Assembly (NCBI GenBank): GCA_964457525.1
Contig: CAYWGS010000095.1
Span: 1 to 5,918 of the forward strand
Length of the DNA: 5,918 nucleotides
Source of the DNA: an uncultured Erysipelotrichaceae bacterium
GTDB lineage: Bacteria > Bacillota_I > Bacilli_A > Erysipelotrichales > Erysipelotrichaceae
Reading direction: 5' to 3'
Part shown: in pieces, positions 1 to 5,918 of the stretch
How the letters are laid out: each line of letters starts with the position of its first letter
How positions within the stretch are numbered: the first letter of the stretch is position 1
Program-made: the position numbers and the translations under genes
The notes under the pieces: generated by a model
Databases searched by the model: none
What the model was told of the DNA's origin: nothing
Seen by the model: the letters and a program-made list of their open reading frames with translations, nothing else

Positions 1-357
1 ACATTTCTCTGGTACTTGATTAATACTTTCAGCACTGCATTTTGGTGTACCAAAATATTGCATTTGATTTGTCATACTTAAATTCGTTAAATTCGCAGTA
101 ATTCTAAATGAATCATTAATACTATAAAACTCGAGTTCTGTTTTATGATCAGAACTATTGAGATAGTGTTGAGTATAACTAATATATACCCATCCTCGTA
201 TTTCTAAATTATTGTTAACCATTTTTATGCTTAATATCTCATATGGCATTTTTTCTTTGTTTACTAAAACTTCAGTGCTTGCTTTTGCATTTAGACTAAA
301 ATAACTGGAAGCTCCTAATATTACGAGTAGTTTAAGAATCGCTTTAATTACTTTCAT
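1..357 (-). CDS. Hypothetical secreted protein, N-terminal 119 aa only (the gene continues past the left window edge). It is not in the supplied ORF track because no stop codon lies within the window.
   Basis: I reverse-complemented and translated 357..1 by hand. ATG is at 355-357 and the frame stays open to base 1: MKVIKAILKLLVILGASSYFSLNAKASTEVLVNKEKMPYEILSIKMVNNNLEIRGWVYISYTQHYLNSSDHKTELEFYSINDSFRITANLTNLSMTNQMQYFGTPKCSAESINQVPEKC... A consensus SD (AAGGAG, plus-strand 363-368) sits 5 nt upstream of the ATG. The N-terminus looks like a Sec signal peptide: a basic n-region, the hydrophobic stretch ILKLLVILGASSYF, and an A-K-A cleavage-type motif with no lipobox Cys. I recognise no family. 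Confidence 0.75.
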   Translation of the reverse strand, partial: MKVIKAILKLLVILGASSYFSLNAKASTEVLVNKEKMPYEILSIKMVNNNLEIRGWVYISYTQHYLNSSDHKTELEFYSINDSFRITANLTNLSMTNQMQYFGTPKCSAESINQVPEKC

Positions 358-745
358 ATTTTCTCCTTGTAATTGTTATAATAGTCAGAATTAAAATAAT
401 AATTATAAAAGTAATTAGAATAGAATTATTATGATGTAATTCGGACGTTTCTTGCACACTTATATTACAATTAGTTATCCAATTAAGTTTTAGATTTTGA
501 ATTATCAGCTTTTCTTCATTTAAAACATAGAAATCAGTAAATCTCGAATCTATTCCAACTAATAATCCATTAGAGTTCTGAATATAACTCGGATTATAGG
601 ACACTAAGAGTTCCCCTTCCTTTAGTCCTGAAATACTTAACTCATCTGTATTACAGGGATAATCATATGAAAATTCAATTTCTATATTCTGTGAGTTATA
701 AAATTTAACCATAACTATATATATGCAGAAACTTTTATTAATCAT
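344..745 (-). CDS. Hypothetical 133-aa protein with a C-terminal transmembrane anchor and no recognisable family. The start codon is uncertain.
   Basis: A 133-codon ORF in roughly 20-28% GC sequence (hand-counted over 361-480) is unlikely to be chance, because stop codons are AT-rich. The C-terminus ILITFIIIILILTIITI followed by TRRKYESN is a TM helix with a basic tail. The N-terminus MINKSFCIYIVMV is at best a short, weak signal or anchor. No SD precedes ATG 743-745, which directly abuts the terminator U-tract, or the internal ATG at 710-712. An in-frame stop lies upstream at 785-787. The 3' end overlaps the next gene by 14 nt and carries that gene's SD. Confidence 0.55.
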   Translation of the reverse strand: MINKSFCIYIVMVKFYNSQNIEIEFSYDYPCNTDELSISGLKEGELLVSYNPSYIQNSNGLLVGIDSRFTDFYVLNEEKLIIQNLKLNWITNCNISVQETSELHHNNSILITFIIIILILTIITITRRKYESN

Positions 746-766
746 AAAAAAAGGCCCGAAGGCCTT
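746..766 (-). terminator. Rho-independent terminator of the hup / Zn-peptidase unit
   Basis: The minus strand reads AAGGCC-UUCG-GGCCUU followed by UUUUU. This is a 6-bp stem (plus-strand 751-756 pairs with 761-766) with 4 G:C pairs and a UUCG tetraloop (757-760). The 3' arm plus the tail give a run of 7 U. It is the only GC-rich palindrome in the window. The first two stem bases are the last two bases of the peptidase TAA stop codon (765-767). Confidence 0.85.
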
Positions 767-1436
767 ATTTACGTCTATTATTTGCTATTAAGAATAATCT
801 TAATATTTGGAATATCGTTGATAATAATGCTGCAACATAAGTAAACGCAGCAGCACTTAGCATTGATTTAACATCCGCTTTTTCATCAAAACTGATATAA
901 TTACCAGTCTCAAGTTGTACAAGAGCACGCTTAGAAGCATCAAATTCAATTGGTAGTGTAATTAGTTGAAATGTAGCAATTACAAGCAACATTATTACAC
1001 CAATATAGAATAAACTTTCTAAACCAGATGCTAATCCTATAATAGCTGCTATCCATCCGAGATTACCAGACACAATCGCAAATGGTAATATTGAATTTCT
1101 AAGAGAAATCATAGAATAATTTTCTGCATATTGAATAGCATGCCCAACTTCATGGGCTGCGATTGCTAATGAAGCAATGCTTGGATCATTATACACTTTA
1201 GGTGATAAATTGACAGTGTTTTTCTTAGGATCAAAATGATCACTTAGGATTCCATTTTGACTCACGAGTACTTCAACATCATTTAAACCGTGTGAGTCTA
1301 GGATTCGACGTGCAACTTCTCTACCAGTTAAAGAAGAATCATTCCTTACAGTACTGTAATGGGAATATGCACCTTTAACTTTGTATTGTGCCCAGAAAAC
1401 TAAGGCAATTGCTAAAACGTATAAAATAATATCCAT
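765..1436 (-). CDS. Membrane zinc metallopeptidase, YugP / Zn_peptidase_2 (PF04298) family
   Basis: The product is 223 aa with an HEVGH (HExxH) zinc-binding motif in AIAAHEVGHAIQYAE. There is an N-terminal TM segment (IILYVLAIALVFWAQYKVK) and further hydrophobic helices in the C-terminal half. Length and N-terminal pattern match my recollection of B. subtilis YugP. ATG is at 1434-1436, 3 nt after the hup stop, with no SD in range. Confidence 0.9.
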   Translation of the reverse strand: MDIILYVLAIALVFWAQYKVKGAYSHYSTVRNDSSLTGREVARRILDSHGLNDVEVLVSQNGILSDHFDPKKNTVNLSPKVYNDPSIASLAIAAHEVGHAIQYAENYSMISLRNSILPFAIVSGNLGWIAAIIGLASGLESLFYIGVIMLLVIATFQLITLPIEFDASKRALVQLETGNYISFDEKADVKSMLSAAAFTYVAALLSTIFQILRLFLIANNRRK

Positions 1437-1439
1437 TTG

Positions 1440-1724
1440 TTATTTTACAGCGTCCTTAAGTGCTTTTGCAGCTTTAAATCCAGGAACTTTTGAAGAAGCT
1501 ACATGAATCTTTTCTAATGTTTTTGGATTAATACCTTCGCGAGCATTTCTAACTTTTACTTCGAATTTTCCAAATCCAGCAATATCAACTTTTGCGCCTT
1601 TGCTTAGTTCAGCTTTTAAGGTATCAAACACAAAATCAACGATTTCACCTGCATGTTTCTTACTTAATTCTTTTTCTTCAGATAATAGATCAACTAGTGC
1701 TTTTTTATTAAATACATCATTCAT
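1440..1724 (-). CDS. hup: DNA-binding protein HU (nucleoid-associated protein)
   Basis: The 94-aa product MNDVFNKKALVDLL...GFGKFEVKVRNAREGINPKTLEKIHVASSKVPGFKAAKALKDAVK aligns without gaps, by eye, to HBsu. Shared elements include ELSKK, VFDT, GFGxFEV, NP in the arm, and SKVPxFKxxKALKDAV. ATG 1722-1724 is preceded by a GGAGG SD (plus-strand 1734-1738) with 9-nt spacing. The ORF-track start at 1757 is an upstream GVG-type (GTG) codon that would read through the SD and the -10 box, so I trimmed it. Confidence 0.95.
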   Translation of the reverse strand: MNDVFNKKALVDLLSEEKELSKKHAGEIVDFVFDTLKAELSKGAKVDIAGFGKFEVKVRNAREGINPKTLEKIHVASSKVPGFKAAKALKDAVK

Positions 1725-1747
1725 AGTAATTTTCCTCCATTTAGTAC

Positions 1748-1776
1748 ATAGTAACACTATAAAACTTCAATTACAA
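1748..1776 (-). promoter_or_regulatory. Putative sigma-A promoter for hup and the Zn peptidase
   Basis: The minus strand has -35 TTGTAA (1771-1776), a 17-nt spacer, and -10 TACTAT (1748-1753) preceded by TGT (an extended -10 TGn). It lies in the 65-nt gpsA-hup gap, about 24 nt upstream of the hup ATG. AT-rich DNA produces such matches by chance, so this is only moderately supported. Confidence 0.5.
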
Positions 1777-1789
1777 GAAATACGAAATA

Positions 1790-2788
1790 CTATTCTTCCT
1801 CAGATTTGAGCTCTTTTTGCATCAAATTATCGACGGAAATTGAAGGAATATGCCCTTCATATAAAACTTTATAAACTTCTTCAGTGATTGGCATATAAAT
1901 GCCTTTAGACTTAGCTTCTTCATGGATAATCTTCGCAGCTTTTACTCCTTCAACGGTTTTAGTATTTGTTTCCCAGAAGTATTTTGCCGAATCATTTTTA
2001 CCAATTAATAAGCCTGCTTGAAAATTTCGTGAGTGAACACTCGTACAAGTAACAACTAAGTCTCCAACACCAGTTAAACCTAAGAATGTTTCAGGTTTAG
2101 CCCCCATTGCTAATCCATAACGCGTTATTTCAGCTAAACCACGTGTAATTAATGCAGCTCTGGCATTATCACCATAGCCTAAGCCTTGGATCATACCACT
2201 CGCTAAAGCGATAATATTCTTAATCGCAACTCCAATCTCAGCTCCAATAACATCTGTATTTCGATAAACTCTAAAGTACTTATTCGAGAAAAGCTCTTGA
2301 ATAATTTTTGAATACTCTTCGTTTTCACATACAGAATTTACAATGGTTGGTAGACGTAAAATAACTTCTTCAGCATGAGAAGGTCCAATTAATGAAACAA
2401 CTTCTTTTAAAATCTCTGGTTTAATCTTTTCTTTGATAAATACAGATAATCGTTGATGTGTTGTAGGATGGAATCCTTTAGATACATTCACCACAATTAT
2501 TGGATGTTTAACATTTTGATTAATGGTATTACATACATCCTCAATTGCTTCAGACGGAATAGCTAATAAGAAAATATCTGCGTCTAATAAAGGTTTTATA
2601 TCTGTACTAGCTTTAATATCTTCATTAATTGAAATGCCAGGAAAATATCGTTCATTCATATGGTGAACTTGAATATCAACTAATTCATCTAGATTTCTTC
2701 CCCAAACGATTACATCATGTTGATTGTCTGCTAATACTTGTGCTAAAGCTGTACCCCAGCTTCCACTACCGATAATAGCTATTTTCAT
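1790..2788 (-). CDS. gpsA: NAD(P)H-dependent glycerol-3-phosphate dehydrogenase
   Basis: The product is 332 aa. It has an N-terminal Rossmann motif (MKIAIIGSGSWGTALA), family-typical segments (GPSHAEEV, NTDVIGAEIGVAIKNIIALASG, GDLVVTCTSVHSRN) and the classic position right after der. An AAGGAG SD (2794-2799) overlaps the der TAA stop. ATG is at 2786-2788. Confidence 0.97.
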   Translation of the reverse strand: MKIAIIGSGSWGTALAQVLADNQHDVIVWGRNLDELVDIQVHHMNERYFPGISINEDIKASTDIKPLLDADIFLLAIPSEAIEDVCNTINQNVKHPIIVVNVSKGFHPTTHQRLSVFIKEKIKPEILKEVVSLIGPSHAEEVILRLPTIVNSVCENEEYSKIIQELFSNKYFRVYRNTDVIGAEIGVAIKNIIALASGMIQGLGYGDNARAALITRGLAEITRYGLAMGAKPETFLGLTGVGDLVVTCTSVHSRNFQAGLLIGKNDSAKYFWETNTKTVEGVKAAKIIHEEAKSKGIYMPITEEVYKVLYEGHIPSISVDNLMQKELKSEEE

Positions 2789-2790
2789 GT

Positions 2791-4098
2791 TTACTCCTTT
2801 ATTCGTGCAATAATTCGAATCGGTGTTCCTTCAAAGACAAAGGCTTCTCTGAGTCTATTTTCTAAATAACGACGATAAGAAAAATGTAACAATTTAGGAT
2901 CATTTACAAACAATACAATGGTTGGAGGTGCAACCGCAACTTGTGCAGCATATAATATTTTAAGTCGAGCACCTTGATGAGTTGGTGGAGGCGTTATAAT
3001 TTGCGCATCCATGATTACTTCATTTAATACACTTGTTTGAATTCTTAAATGACTATAATCATATACTCGATTAATCGTAGGGATAATTGTATTAATTCTC
3101 TGTTTATTTTTTGCAGATACAAATAGAATAGGCGCAAAAGATAAGTATAAGAATTCTTTACGAATCTCTTCAGTAATCTTATTCATACTCGTTTCATCTT
3201 TAGTCACAATATCCCATTTATTATAAACAATAATAATTGGTTTACCTGCTTCATGTGCATACCCAGCGACATGCTTATCCTGTTCGCGTATACCGGTTAA
3301 ACCATCAATGACGAATAAAATTACATCCGCTCGCTCAATCGCTTGTAAAGCCCTTAAAACAGCGTATTTCTCAACACTTTCATAGACTTTACCTTTTTTA
3401 CGTATACCAGCCGTATCGATAACTACATAATCGTTGCCTTCATTTCTGAACACAGTATCAATCGCATCACGTGTTGTACCTTCTATATCAGAAACAATGA
3501 CACGTTCTTGATTTAAAATAGCATTAACCAAAGAAGATTTACCAACATTCGGTCTACCAATAATCGCAAATTTAATTGTCCCCTCTTTATCTTTTTGTGA
3601 TTTTGTAGGGAAGTTTGAAATAACTTTATCGAGTAAATCACCGATACCAATACCATGAACGCCGCTCACAGGAATTATTTCATCAACCCCTAAAGCGTAA
3701 AAATCATACATATTAAAAACAAGATCTCGATTGTCTGTTTTATTTACGGCACAAATGACAGGTTTGTTCGTCTTATGTAGCATTTTGGCAATATAACGAT
3801 CATCATCTGTTAAACCTTCTTTGCCATTCACAACAAACACAATCACATCAGCTTCATCAATTGCAATTTCAACTTGCATACGAATTTCTTCTTGGAAAGT
3901 TGCATTTTCAAGCTGAATACCACCTGTATCGATTAATCTAAAATCCTTCGTTAACCAATTAGCTTTAGCGTAAATTCGATCTCTAGTTACACCAGGACTG
4001 TCTTCTACAATTGATAATCTTTCTCCAATAATTCGATTAAATAGTGTTGATTTACCTACATTTGGTCTACCAACTATTGCGACTACACCATCAATCAT
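2791..4098 (-). CDS. der: Ribosome-biogenesis GTPase Der (EngA), with two tandem GTPase domains and a KH-like C-terminal domain
   Basis: There are two P-loops (GRPNVGKST and GRPNVGKSS), two G3 motifs (DTGG and DTAG) and two G4 motifs (NKTD and NKWD). The conserved C-terminus is PPTIVLFVN...[14 protein letters not shown] chose ATG 4096-4098 ([17 protein letters not shown], 435 aa) because AAGGGAG (4107-4113) lies 8 nt upstream. The ORF-track ATG at 4116 has no SD and would add six residues, MKGVID. Confidence 0.96.
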   Translation of the reverse strand: MIDGVVAIVGRPNVGKSTLFNRIIGERLSIVEDSPGVTRDRIYAKANWLTKDFRLIDTGGIQLENATFQEEIRMQVEIAIDEADVIVFVVNGKEGLTDDDRYIAKMLHKTNKPVICAVNKTDNRDLVFNMYDFYALGVDEIIPVSGVHGIGIGDLLDKVISNFPTKSQKDKEGTIKFAIIGRPNVGKSSLVNAILNQERVIVSDIEGTTRDAIDTVFRNEGNDYVVIDTAGIRKKGKVYESVEKYAVLRALQAIERADVILFVIDGLTGIREQDKHVAGYAHEAGKPIIIVYNKWDIVTKDETSMNKITEEIRKEFLYLSFAPILFVSAKNKQRINTIIPTINRVYDYSHLRIQTSVLNEVIMDAQIITPPPTHQGARLKILYAAQVAVAPPTIVLFVNDPKLLHFSYRRYLENRLREAFVFEGTPIRIIARIKE

Positions 4099-4099
4099 A

Positions 4100-4771
4100 T
4101 CAATCACTCCCTTCATTTATTTTCTTAATAACAAGATCATACACAATATCAACTGATTCATTAATGCTTAAATTTGAAGTATCAAGTACAAAAGCATTAT
4201 CCGTTTTTCTTAAAGGAGAATGTTCACGATTTTGATCTTGATAATCTCTCAGTTCAATTTCATTGTAAATCGTTTGATAATCGATTTTAATTCCTTTATT
4301 CTGATAATCGAGTAATCTTCTTTTCGCTCTTGATTCAATACTTGCTGTTTGAAATATCTTAACTTCGGCATCCGGTAATACAACTGTACCAATATCTCTT
4401 CCATCAAGGATATAACCTTTGTTCTTAGCCATGAATTGTTGAATCTTGACTAAACTTGCTCTAACTTGTGCATATCTTGCAATTTTAGATGTTAATAAGT
4501 CAATCTCTTTTGATCGGATATCTGAGCTAATATTTACTCCATCCAATAATATTTGACCTAAATCATCAAAAGCAAAATGGCTTGAATTAACCATTTTAAC
4601 TAAATCATCCTCATTATCTGTATTAATACCGTTTTTCAATGCTTTATAGGCACAGGCACGATACATAGCTCCTGTATCTAAATGAGTATAATTTAATCGT
4701 TTTGCTAACGCTTTAGCGATGGTACTCTTGCCAGAAGCACTAGGACCATCAATCGCTATGTTTAATTTCAT
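4100..4771 (-). CDS. cmk: Cytidylate kinase
   Basis: The product is 223 aa. The start [23 protein letters not shown] carries the Cmk-type P-loop, and [17 protein letters not shown] and [15 protein letters not shown] are typical Cmk segments. ATG 4769-4771 shares one base with the upstream gene's TGA (the sequence reads TGATG), and GAAGGG lies about 8 nt upstream. The ORF-track start at 4801 is a TTG inside the upstream gene. The TGA stop at 4100-4102 is 1 nt before the der ATG. Confidence 0.95.
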   Translation of the reverse strand: MKLNIAIDGPSASGKSTIAKALAKRLNYTHLDTGAMYRACAYKALKNGINTDNEDDLVKMVNSSHFAFDDLGQILLDGVNISSDIRSKEIDLLTSKIARYAQVRASLVKIQQFMAKNKGYILDGRDIGTVVLPDAEVKIFQTASIESRAKRRLLDYQNKGIKIDYQTIYNEIELRDYQDQNREHSPLRKTDNAFVLDTSNLSINESVDIVYDLVIKKINEGSD

Positions 4772-5454
4772 CAATAATAACCCTTCGAATATAAAACCCA
4801 ATAAATCGCAAATCCTAGCATTACGACAAGGACTAGCACAAGTATAAATACTACAATATTTAAGACACGATGTGAAGACATAACTGATTCATTCATATCA
4901 ATTAGTTCTTTTTCATAATCGTTTAACTGAACTCTTAACTTCTGAGTTTCTTCTAAAACTTGATTTATATCATCCGATTCTTTAACAGGACTAACTTCTA
5001 AATCCTTATAATCATTCTCGATAATCTTTTTAATCTCTTGTGTTAAATCTTCATTTTGAACAGGAACTTCATTAAACTGAACTTCCTCTTTTATTTCTTT
5101 AATTTCGTGTTGATTGAGTATTTCTAAATCTGTATCGAATTCTGTTCTATAACCTTTCTTGAGATTATAATTTCTTACTTCTTCTAAAAACTCATTAATA
5201 TAGTCTGATTCAATAGAATTCTTCATTGAATTAGGTTCAGTTTTATCTAAATTCAAAGATTGTTCCCTTCTTGAATGCAACGCTTGATAGGATGAGTTGG
5301 ATGAAGGTGAACTCGATCTCGTTAACATCGGATTGATTTTATTCAATCTTTCCGCATATGAAGAAAGAGCTGGTGAAACCAGTTCTTCTTCGCGGTCATT
5401 TTCAATTGTATTTCTTAATGTTTGATTTTTCTTGACACGTGATAGGGTTTCCAT
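4771..5454 (-). CDS. Hypothetical tail-anchored membrane protein: a largely polar, acidic, coiled-coil-like N-terminal region of about 195 aa followed by a single C-terminal TM helix
   Basis: The 227-aa ORF has ATG at 5452-5454 with a GAGG SD about 9 nt upstream and a promoter-like element just before it. The sequence includes a Ser-rich tract (SSSPSSNSS) and E/K/D/N-rich heptad-like stretches (EETQKLRVQLNDYEKELIDMNES). It then runs HR-VLNIVVFILVLVLVVMLGFAIYWVLY-SKGYY to the stop, leaving only about 5 residues beyond the membrane. I recognise no enzymatic or binding motif. It is translationally coupled to cmk. Confidence 0.75.
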   Translation of the reverse strand: METLSRVKKNQTLRNTIENDREEELVSPALSSYAERLNKINPMLTRSSSPSSNSSYQALHSRREQSLNLDKTEPNSMKNSIESDYINEFLEEVRNYNLKKGYRTEFDTDLEILNQHEIKEIKEEVQFNEVPVQNEDLTQEIKKIIENDYKDLEVSPVKESDDINQVLEETQKLRVQLNDYEKELIDMNESVMSSHRVLNIVVFILVLVLVVMLGFAIYWVLYSKGYY

Positions 5455-5471
5455 AACATAACCTCGTAAGT

Positions 5472-5480
5472 ATTATACCA
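5472..5480 (-). promoter_or_regulatory. Putative extended -10 promoter (TGGTATAAT) for the orf227-cmk-der-gpsA operon
   Basis: The minus strand reads TGGTATAAT, a perfect TATAAT (5472-5477) with the TGn extension, 17 nt upstream of the ATG at 5454. There is no convincing -35 at 16-18 nt spacing, which is acceptable for extended -10 promoters. No terminator hairpin follows the upstream ECF gene, so read-through from it is also possible. Confidence 0.5.
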
Positions 5481-5509
5481 TAGCCAACTAAACACGCGTA
5501 TTCAAACAT

Positions 5510-5918
5510 TTATTTGCTTAAGAATTTGCTTAAACGTGGATAAATAAGAATTGTAATTACACCTAATAAAACACCTTTAAACACATTAAATGGTGTAATT
5601 GCATTTACAAATGCCCATTTCTCTGGATTACCATTAATACCATAGAGTGGTAATGTGATATTAAAGTTAATTAGAATCATAACAAGTACCATTAATAACG
5701 TTCCTATGCCTAGAAGCACAATATTATTGATAAGTTTGAAGTTATTTTTATTTTTGTTAAAAAGATAATACAAAGAAATAGGGATAAAATAAGCTACACC
5801 TGCAAAGAAATTTGCAATTTCGCCAGATGCAGCTGGGGTTTGAGATTTAAATACAAAGTGCAATACATTTTTAAAGAACGCGATAATAATACCAACATGA
5901 GGTCCATAAGTAATACTT
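5510..5918 (-). CDS. ECF transporter substrate-binding (S) component, RibU-like, C-terminal part only (the 5' end lies beyond the right window edge)
   Basis: The frame stays open from 5917 down to the TAA at 5510-5512: SITYGPHVGIIIAFFKNVLHFVFK...GEIANFFAGVAYFIP...INFNITLPLYG...ITPFNVFKGVLLGVITILIYPRL. The YGPxxG...KN, GExANFxAG, LPLYG and PFNxxKG blocks match what I recall of the S. aureus and B. subtilis RibU riboflavin S components. Substrate assignment is tentative. The M at 5863 in the ORF track is an internal TTG (Leu), not the start. Confidence 0.75.
   Translation of the reverse strand, partial: SITYGPHVGIIIAFFKNVLHFVFKSQTPAASGEIANFFAGVAYFIPISLYYLFNKNKNNFKLINNIVLLGIGTLLMVLVMILINFNITLPLYGINGNPEKWAFVNAITPFNVFKGVLLGVITILIYPRLSKFLSK

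Noticed and set aside
603-625. Internal SD-like AGGAAGGGG followed by an in-frame GTG within the 133-aa ORF as an alternative start
   Set aside because: The resulting product would lack any N-terminal targeting signal, and the purine run simply encodes KEGE. Nothing supports it over the full ORF.
767-830. Possible independent promoter for the 133-aa ORF inside the 3' end of the peptidase gene (TTAAGA, 17 nt spacer, TAATAG)
   Set aside because: Both hexamers match consensus poorly, at about 3-4 of 6 positions. Matches of that quality are expected by chance in DNA this AT-rich, and the terminator lies between the candidate and the ORF.
1725-1757. N-terminal extension MLLCTKWRKIT on the HU ORF in the track
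   Set aside because: It starts at a GTG and reads through the -10 box and the GGAGG SD. HU homologues begin at the MN... position, so I trimmed the gene to ATG 1722-1724.
1600-1809. A 69-aa plus-strand ORF antisense to hup and the gpsA-hup intergenic region
   Set aside because: It lies entirely opposite a strongly supported HU gene and its promoter and SD. The product is low-complexity (S/F/L/N-rich) as expected from reading an AT-rich gene backwards. There is no SD and no recognisable motif.
4099-4116. Upstream ATG at 4114-4116 as the der start (MKGVIDM...)
   Set aside because: It has no SD (AAGAAAATAA precedes it), and it would overlap cmk by 17 nt. ATG 4096-4098 has an AAGGGAG SD and gives the canonical Der N-terminus. 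The upstream start is not fully excluded.
4044-4235. A 63-aa plus-strand ORF antisense to the cmk/der junction
   Set aside because: It is a shadow ORF opposite two highly conserved genes, with no SD or promoter and an uninformative sequence.
4772-4801. N-terminal extension MGFIFEGLLL on the cmk ORF
   Set aside because: The start is a TTG inside the upstream gene's TM-coding region. Cmk homologues begin a few residues before the IDGPxxSGKS P-loop. ATG 4769-4771 has a GAAGGG SD and the typical TGATG coupling overlap.
5493-5498. ACGCGT palindrome in the ECF-orf227 intergenic region as an operator or terminator
   Set aside because: It is a 6-bp perfect palindrome with no loop and no flanking symmetry or U-tract. 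It is too short to be meaningful.
5861-5863. ORF-track start (M) of the ECF S-component ORF at 5863
   Set aside because: The codon is TTG, and the reading frame continues open to the window edge with conserved RibU-like sequence (YGPHVGIIIAFFKNV). This is an internal Leu, and the gene is truncated by the window.
1-5918. Search for CRISPR repeats, IS or transposase ends, integrase, tRNA/rRNA, toxin-antitoxin or defence-system signatures
   Set aside because: Intergenic space is at most about 65 nt. All large ORFs are accounted for by housekeeping genes or the three orphan ORFs. I saw no repeated spacer-like periodicity or inverted terminal repeats by eye. A computational repeat search would be needed to exclude short dispersed repeats.

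Overview
The window holds eight genes, all on the minus strand and tightly packed. It looks like core-genome sequence from a very AT-rich bacterium that uses the standard genetic code: TGA ends two genes, and every Trp codon I checked is TGG. That excludes Mycoplasma/Spiroplasma-type recoding and fits a low-GC Bacillota, Erysipelotrichia or Acholeplasma-like genome.

In transcription order (right to left) the window contains:
- the 3' part of a RibU-like ECF transporter S component, running off the right edge;
- an extended -10 promoter;
- a 227-aa tail-anchored protein of unknown function, coupled through 0-2 nt junctions to cmk, der (engA) and gpsA;
- a 65-nt gap with a good sigma-A-type promoter;
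- hup (HU) followed 3 nt later by a YugP-family zinc metallopeptidase;
- a GC-rich UUCG-tetraloop intrinsic terminator;
- an even more AT-rich pair of overlapping orphan genes that look like membrane or secreted proteins. The second of these runs off the left edge and is missing from the supplied ORF track.

I see no RNA genes, CRISPR, transposase or integrase, long repeats, or recognisable defence or toxin modules. This is mostly an ordinary housekeeping region. The only candidates for novelty are the three uncharacterised ORFs and the unusual stop-codon/terminator/start-codon arrangement at 743-767.
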